This document shows positions 59,151 to 64,000 of a DNA stretch of 64,000 nt, piece by piece. Position numbers and translations under genes: made by a program. Under the pieces are notes generated by a model that worked only from the letters and a program-made list of their open reading frames with translations, was not told the origin of the DNA and searched no databases. This DNA comes from Mobula hypostoma. Lineage: Eukaryota. Numbering within the stretch: position 1 is the first letter of the stretch; every line of letters begins with the position of its first letter. Location of the stretch: positions 132,744,001-132,808,000 of the forward strand of contig NC_086097.1 in assembly GCF_963921235.1 (NCBI RefSeq), read 5' to 3'.

Positions 59151-60153
59151 AACATAGAAACATAGAAACATAGAAAATAGGTGCAGGAGTAGGCCATTCG
59201 GCCCTTCGAGCCTGCACCGCCATTTATTATGATCATGGCTGATCATCCAACTCAGAACCCCGCCCCAGCCTTCCCTCCATACCCCCTGACCCCCGTAGCC
59301 ACAAGGGCCATATCTAACTCCCTCTTAAATATAGCCAATGAACTGGCCTCAACTGTTTCCTGTGGCAGAGAATTCCACAGATTCACCACTCTCTGTGTGA
59401 AGAAGGTCCTAAAAGGCTTCCCCTCTATCCTCAAACTGTGACCCCTCGTTCTGGACTTCCCCAACATCGGGAACAATCTTCCTGCATCTAGCCTGTCCAA
59501 TCCCTTTAGGATCTTATACGTTTCAATCAGATCCCCCCTCAATCTTCTAAATTCCAACGAGTACAAGCCCAATTCATCCAGTCTTTCTTCATATGAAAGT
59601 CCCGCCATCCCAGGAATCAATCTGGTGAACCTTCTTTGTACTCCCTCTATGGCAAAGATGTCTTTCCTCAGATTAGGGGACCAAAACTGCACACAATACT
59701 CCAGGTGTGGTCTCACCAAGGCCTTGTACAACTGCAGTAGTACCTCCCTGCTCCTGTACTCGAATCCTCTCGCTATAAATGCCAGCATACCATTTGCCTT
59801 TTTCACCGCCTGCTGTACCTGCATGCCCACTTTCAATGACTGGTGTATAATGACACCCAGGTCTCGTTGCACCTCCCCTTTTCCTAATCAGCCACCATTC
59901 AGATAATAATCTGTTTTCCTATGTTTGCCACCAAAGTGGATAACTTCAGATTTATCCACATTAACTTGCATCTGCCATGAATTTGCCCACTCACCCAACC
60001 TATCCAAGTCACCCTGCATCCTCTTAGCATCCTCCTCGCTGCTAACACTGCCACCCAGCTTCGTGTCATCCGCAAACTTGGAGATGCTGCATTTAATTCC
60101 CTCATCCAAGTCATTAATATATATTGTAAACAACTGGGGTCCCAGCACTGAGC
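59151..60153 (-). mobile_element. Young 5'-truncated CR1 LINE
   Basis: GSVLGPQLFTIYINDLD..KFADDTKLG and a 206-aa uninterrupted C-terminal ORF (59252-59872); perfect (CATAGAAA)3 tail. Confidence 0.95.
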
Positions 60154-60631
60154 CTAAAATGAAAATGCCACACCCAAGTTTTACAAAGCTCATCTGGTTC
60201 CTTATAACATCTTGTGATAAAGTAGCCAGTAAACTAAATCCAATTGGGTCTGAAAGAAATCTTGCCAAGTTTGAATGGAACCCATAGGCAAAGCCAATGG
60301 TCTCAGTTGCCAAGAAGAATGGGTCTGTCAGGATCTGTGGTGATTTTAAGGTCACCATCAACTCAGTACTGAAAGCAGATCAGTTATCTGTGCCCAGAAT
60401 AGAGGATATCTCTGCAAACCTTTCTAGATGGAAACACTTCACCAAAGTGGCCCACCTACAAATGGAGATGAAAGAAGAGTCAAAAGTGTTTCTCACCATA
60501 AACAGTCACAAAGGGTAAAACAGGCTAAAACATTGCTAAAACAGGCTTATTTTCGCACCTGCACTCTGGCAGAAAGCTATGGACCAGGTGCTGTATGGCT
60601 GCCCAGACACTCAGTGTTACCTGGATGACAT

Positions 60632-61354
60632 TGAATTGGCTTTATTACTTACATCCTTCATATACATGAGGAGTAAAAATCTTTACGTTATGTCTCCATC
60701 TAAATGTGCAATGTGTAATTTACAGTAATTTATAATAAATAGTATGTACAGCAGGATAGTCAATCTAACATAGAAATACAGTTGTGTCAGCATGAGTTAA
60801 GCGGTCTGATGGCCTGGTGGAAGAAACTGTCTGTTGGTCCTGGCTTTTATGCTGCGGTACCATTTCCCGGATGGTAGCAGCTGGAACAGTTTGTGATTGG
60901 GGTGACTTGGGTCCCCAGTGATCTTTTAGGCCCTTTTTACACATCTAGCTTTGTAAATGTCCTGACTAGTGGGAAGTTCATGTCTACAGATGAGTTGGTC
61001 TGTCCACCCCACTCTCTGCAGAGTCCTGTGATTGAGGGAGGTACAGTTCCCATACCAGGCAGTGGTGCAGCCAGTCAGGATGCTCTCAGTTGTGCCCCTA
61101 CAGAAAGTTCTTAGGATTTTTGGAACCACACCAAACTTCTTCAACTGTCTGAGGTGAAAGAGGCGCTGTTGTTCCTTTTTCACCACACAGCCTGTAAGTA
61201 CAGACCACGTGAGACCCTCGGTGATGTTTATGCCGAGGAACTTAAAGCTGTTCACCCTCTCAACCCCAGAACCATTGATGTCGATAGGGATTAGTATGCC
61301 TCCATTCCTCCTGTAGTCCACAACCAGCTCCTTTGTTTTTGCAACATTGAGGGT
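60632..61354 (-). mobile_element. Rex1/Babar 3' fragment inserted next to the Gypsy YLDD motif
   Basis: LNVAKTKELVVDYRR..VERVNSFKFLGINIT; removing it restores ctggatgacat-cattgtaacc (LDDIIVT). Confidence 0.92.
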
Positions 61355-61374
61355 CATTGTAACCATGTGAAGAT

Positions 61375-61669
61375 TTTTATTTATTTTATTTATTCATCGA
61401 GCTACAGCATGAAGTGTGCCCTTCTGGCTCTTCAAACTACACCGCCCAGCAATCCCCCAATTTAACGCTAGCCTAATTACGGGACAATTTACAATGACCA
61501 ATTAACCAACCAACCGGCACATCTTTGGTTTGTGTGAGGAATCCGGAGCAAACAGAAGAAACTCACATGGTGACGGGGAGCACATACAAACTCCTTACAG
61601 GAACTGGCAGGAAATGAACCCGGGTTAACGGTACTGTAAAGCGTTGTGCTAACCACTACGCTACCGTGC
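61375..61669 (-). mobile_element. V-SINE, near full length
   Basis: (TTTA)n tail; reverse head gcacggtagcgtagtggttagcacaacgctttacag. Confidence 0.88.
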
Positions 61670-62730
61670 TGTCAGAAATGACAGGGAACATCTCCAAAAT
61701 CTCAAGACAGTGTTAAAGAGATTAGAAGATTATTGATTTAGAGCAAGACATGCCAAGTGCGAATTCTTCAAACCAAGAATCACTTACTGTGATAAAACTA
61801 TTGACTCACAAGATCTTACACAATGTACTGAGAAAATTCAAACAGTGTGGATTCATCAAGGCCAAAGAACATGTCTCAGTGGTGGTCATTTTTAGAATTT
61901 GTCAATAACTATAAAAGGTTCCTGACAAACCTGGCTACTGTACATCCCCCAAACTCATTACTACAGATCGGAAAGAAATGTCACTGGACAAAGCACCGTG
62001 AGGTGGCTTTCCAAAAGTCAAAGGAAATGGTGATGTCAGAGACTGTACTCACACATTATAATCCATATGGTCCAGTGAAGCTTGCCTTATGGTATAGGTG
62101 CAGTCATGTCACATGCTATGAGTGATGAAAGTGAACACCTCATTACCTTTGCATCACTTTCCCTTACCGCTGCAGAGAAAAGTTACGCACAGATTGACGG
62201 AGAGGCCTTGAGTCTGGTTTGGGGTGCAAAATGTTACAACCAGTACTTGGATGAGAAAGTTTACTATCGTTACTGGGCATAAACCACTGGTGTCCATTTT
62301 CAATCCACAGAAGAGCGTTCCACTAACAGCAGAAGCAAAAATGCAGAGATGGGCTCTGTTTTCAGAGGAAACAATTACAAGATCAAATTCAAGAGGACAA
62401 CTAATCATGGAATTGCTGATGGATTGTCCCGTTTACCCTTGAAAAAGGAAATACCTGAAAAATTTACAAAGGAGGACACTGCTCTTGACCTATTCTCCCT
62501 AATGTAAATTGGACGTTCCTCTATCATGACAGAGATGATCCAATGGGAAACTAGAAAAGACTCCACACTGTCTCAAGTCTACATGGCAATCCAAAGTGGC
62601 TGAAATGTGCAGCAGAAATTCCAGTTCTCCAATTTTTTTTAAACCGGATCCAGTTTGAACTTGCCCTGGTTGGGGGTTGTCTTGAGTGGGGACTGAGAGT
62701 TGTTGTACTATCCAAGCTGAGAAGTAAAGT

Positions 62731-62986
62731 GGTATGGCAGCATTGTGGTTAGCACAACACTTCACAGTGTAGACAGCCTGGGTTCAATCCCTTCTGCTGC
62801 CTGTAAGGAGTTTGTACTTTCTCCCCATGAACACGAGGGTTTTCTCTGGGTGCTCCAGTTTCCTCCCACAGTCCAAAGACGTACCAGTGGGCAGGTCATT
62901 ATAAATTGTCCCATGATTAGGCTCAGGTTAAGTTGGGAGTTACTGGGTGGTGTGACTCAAAGGGCTGGAAGGGGCTATTGTTCTCA
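62731..62986 (+). mobile_element. V-SINE, near full length
   Basis: A box tggcagcattgtgg, B box gggttcaatccc, V domain gggtgctccagtttcctcccacagtccaaagac. Confidence 0.88.
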
Positions 62987-62987
62987 A

Positions 62988-63066
<79 letters not shown>

Positions 63067-63080
63067 ATAGATGAATAAAT
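62987..63080. repeat. (TAAA)n microsatellite expanded from the SINE tail
   Basis: About 20 perfect units directly after the SINE. Confidence 0.95.
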
Positions 63081-63102
63081 GACTTTTCTATGTTTTTATA
63101 TA

Positions 63103-63276
63103 CAATGGATTCCCACTAATTAGGTCATCAGTTAATCAGGAAAGCTGCTTATTTGGGACAACTCTTATAAAAACAAAAATTACTCGAGAAGATAGCCAGG
63201 ATTCCTTATAATTACTTGGGGCACTATGCCACTTAAAGGGCGGGAGACTGTTGCCGAAGTTTTTAACTAGTGTCAG
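63103..63276. mobile_element. Possible Tigger/pogo-type MITE end
   Basis: TA followed by caatggattccc..taattagg; repeated ttaatc/ttggg motifs. The other TIR is not in the window. Confidence 0.4.
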
Positions 63277-63282
63277 ATAATA

Positions 63283-64000
63283 TAAGAACATAAGAAATAG
63301 GAGCAGGAGTTGGCCATCTGGCCCTTCAAGCCTACTCCGCCATTCAATAAGATCATGGCTGGTCATGAACACATCTCCACCTATCTGCCTTTTCCCCATA
63401 ACCTTTAATTCCCCGAATATGCAAAAATCTATCGAACTTTGTCTTAAATATATTTACTGAGGTAGTCTCCACTGCTTCACTGAGTAGAGTATTCCACGGA
63501 TTCACCACTCTCTGGGAAAAGCAGTTCTTCCTCAACTCCGTCCTAAATCTACTCCCCCAAATCCTGAGGCTATGTCCCATAGTTCTAGTCTCACCTACCA
63601 GTGGAAACAACCTTCCTGCCTCTATTTTATCTATCCCTTTCATAATTTTATATGTTTTATAAGATCTCCTCTCATTCTTCTGAATTCCAGTGAGTACAGT
63701 CCCAAGTGACTCAATCTCTCTTCATAGACTAACCACCTCATCTCTGGAATCAACCTGGTGAACCTCCTCTGCACCACCTCCAAAGCCAGTATATCCTTCT
63801 TCAAGTAAGGAGACCAGAATTGCATCCAGTACTCCAGGTGTGGCCTCACCAGTACCCTGTACAGATACAGCATAACCTCTCTGCTCTTCAATTCAATCCC
63901 TCTAGCAATGAAGGCCAACATTCCATTTGCCTTCTGCAAACCAACCTTTTGTGATTCATGCACAAGCACTCCCAAGTCCCTCTGCACAGCAGCATGCTTC
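63283..64000 (-). mobile_element. CR1 LINE 3' part (runs off window)
   Basis: QRDLGVLVHESQK..LVRPHLEY..VQRRFTRLIP..RMRGDLI; (GAACATAA)n tail. Confidence 0.93.

Larger units (their letters stand above)
56543..62730 (+). mobile_element. Gypsy family B copy 2 (5' LTR, gag, PR, RT, RH; 3' part absent), five nested inserts
   Basis: LTR 56543-56779 is the reverse-complement homologue of 22096-22326; PBS-like gtgcaatgagg; gag LRDRLVCGI..IQKRLLTE..CRKCNKAGH; PR MDSDTSSAVSVI; RT VRICGDFKVTIN, YLDD at ~60620; RH PYGIGAVMSH. Confidence 0.92.

Noticed and set aside
62731..62800. tRNA gene-like A/B boxes (also 61600-61669)
   Set aside because: These are heads of V-SINEs, followed by the V domain and CR1-like tail, not standalone tRNA genes.
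62987..63080. Regular repeat arrays as CRISPR-like or telomeric structure
   Set aside because: Simple microsatellites or retroelement tails without spacers; eukaryotic context.

Overview
This is eukaryotic non-coding DNA, most likely from a cartilaginous fish (ray or shark; inferred from the repeat mix, not proven). It is mostly layered, decayed transposable elements: CR1, Rex1/Babar and RTE LINEs, Penelope-like elements, V-SINEs, a DeuSINE, hAT/Tigger-type MITEs and three Ty3/Gypsy families, including a chromovirus. I found no host exon, RNA gene or CRISPR array, and every recognisable ORF in the track is a TE fragment. The most notable signal is a heavily decayed class III (ERV-L/ERV-S-like) endogenous retrovirus. 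It has an LTR at 27040-27560, a tRNA-Ser-like PBS and gag motifs. About 2.3 kb downstream on the same strand is a gamma-type env TM remnant (immunosuppressive domain plus CX6CC-like motif) followed by an ERV-L-type PPT, and a related solo LTR lies at about 8.9 kb. Other points of interest are minimal hammerhead motifs in Penelope termini, a ~680-bp non-autonomous Rex1-type element found twice inside LTR elements, and well-resolved nested insertions with TSDs. I do not see an intact novel functional system. All family assignments are by-eye motif recognition, and boundaries without TSDs are approximate.
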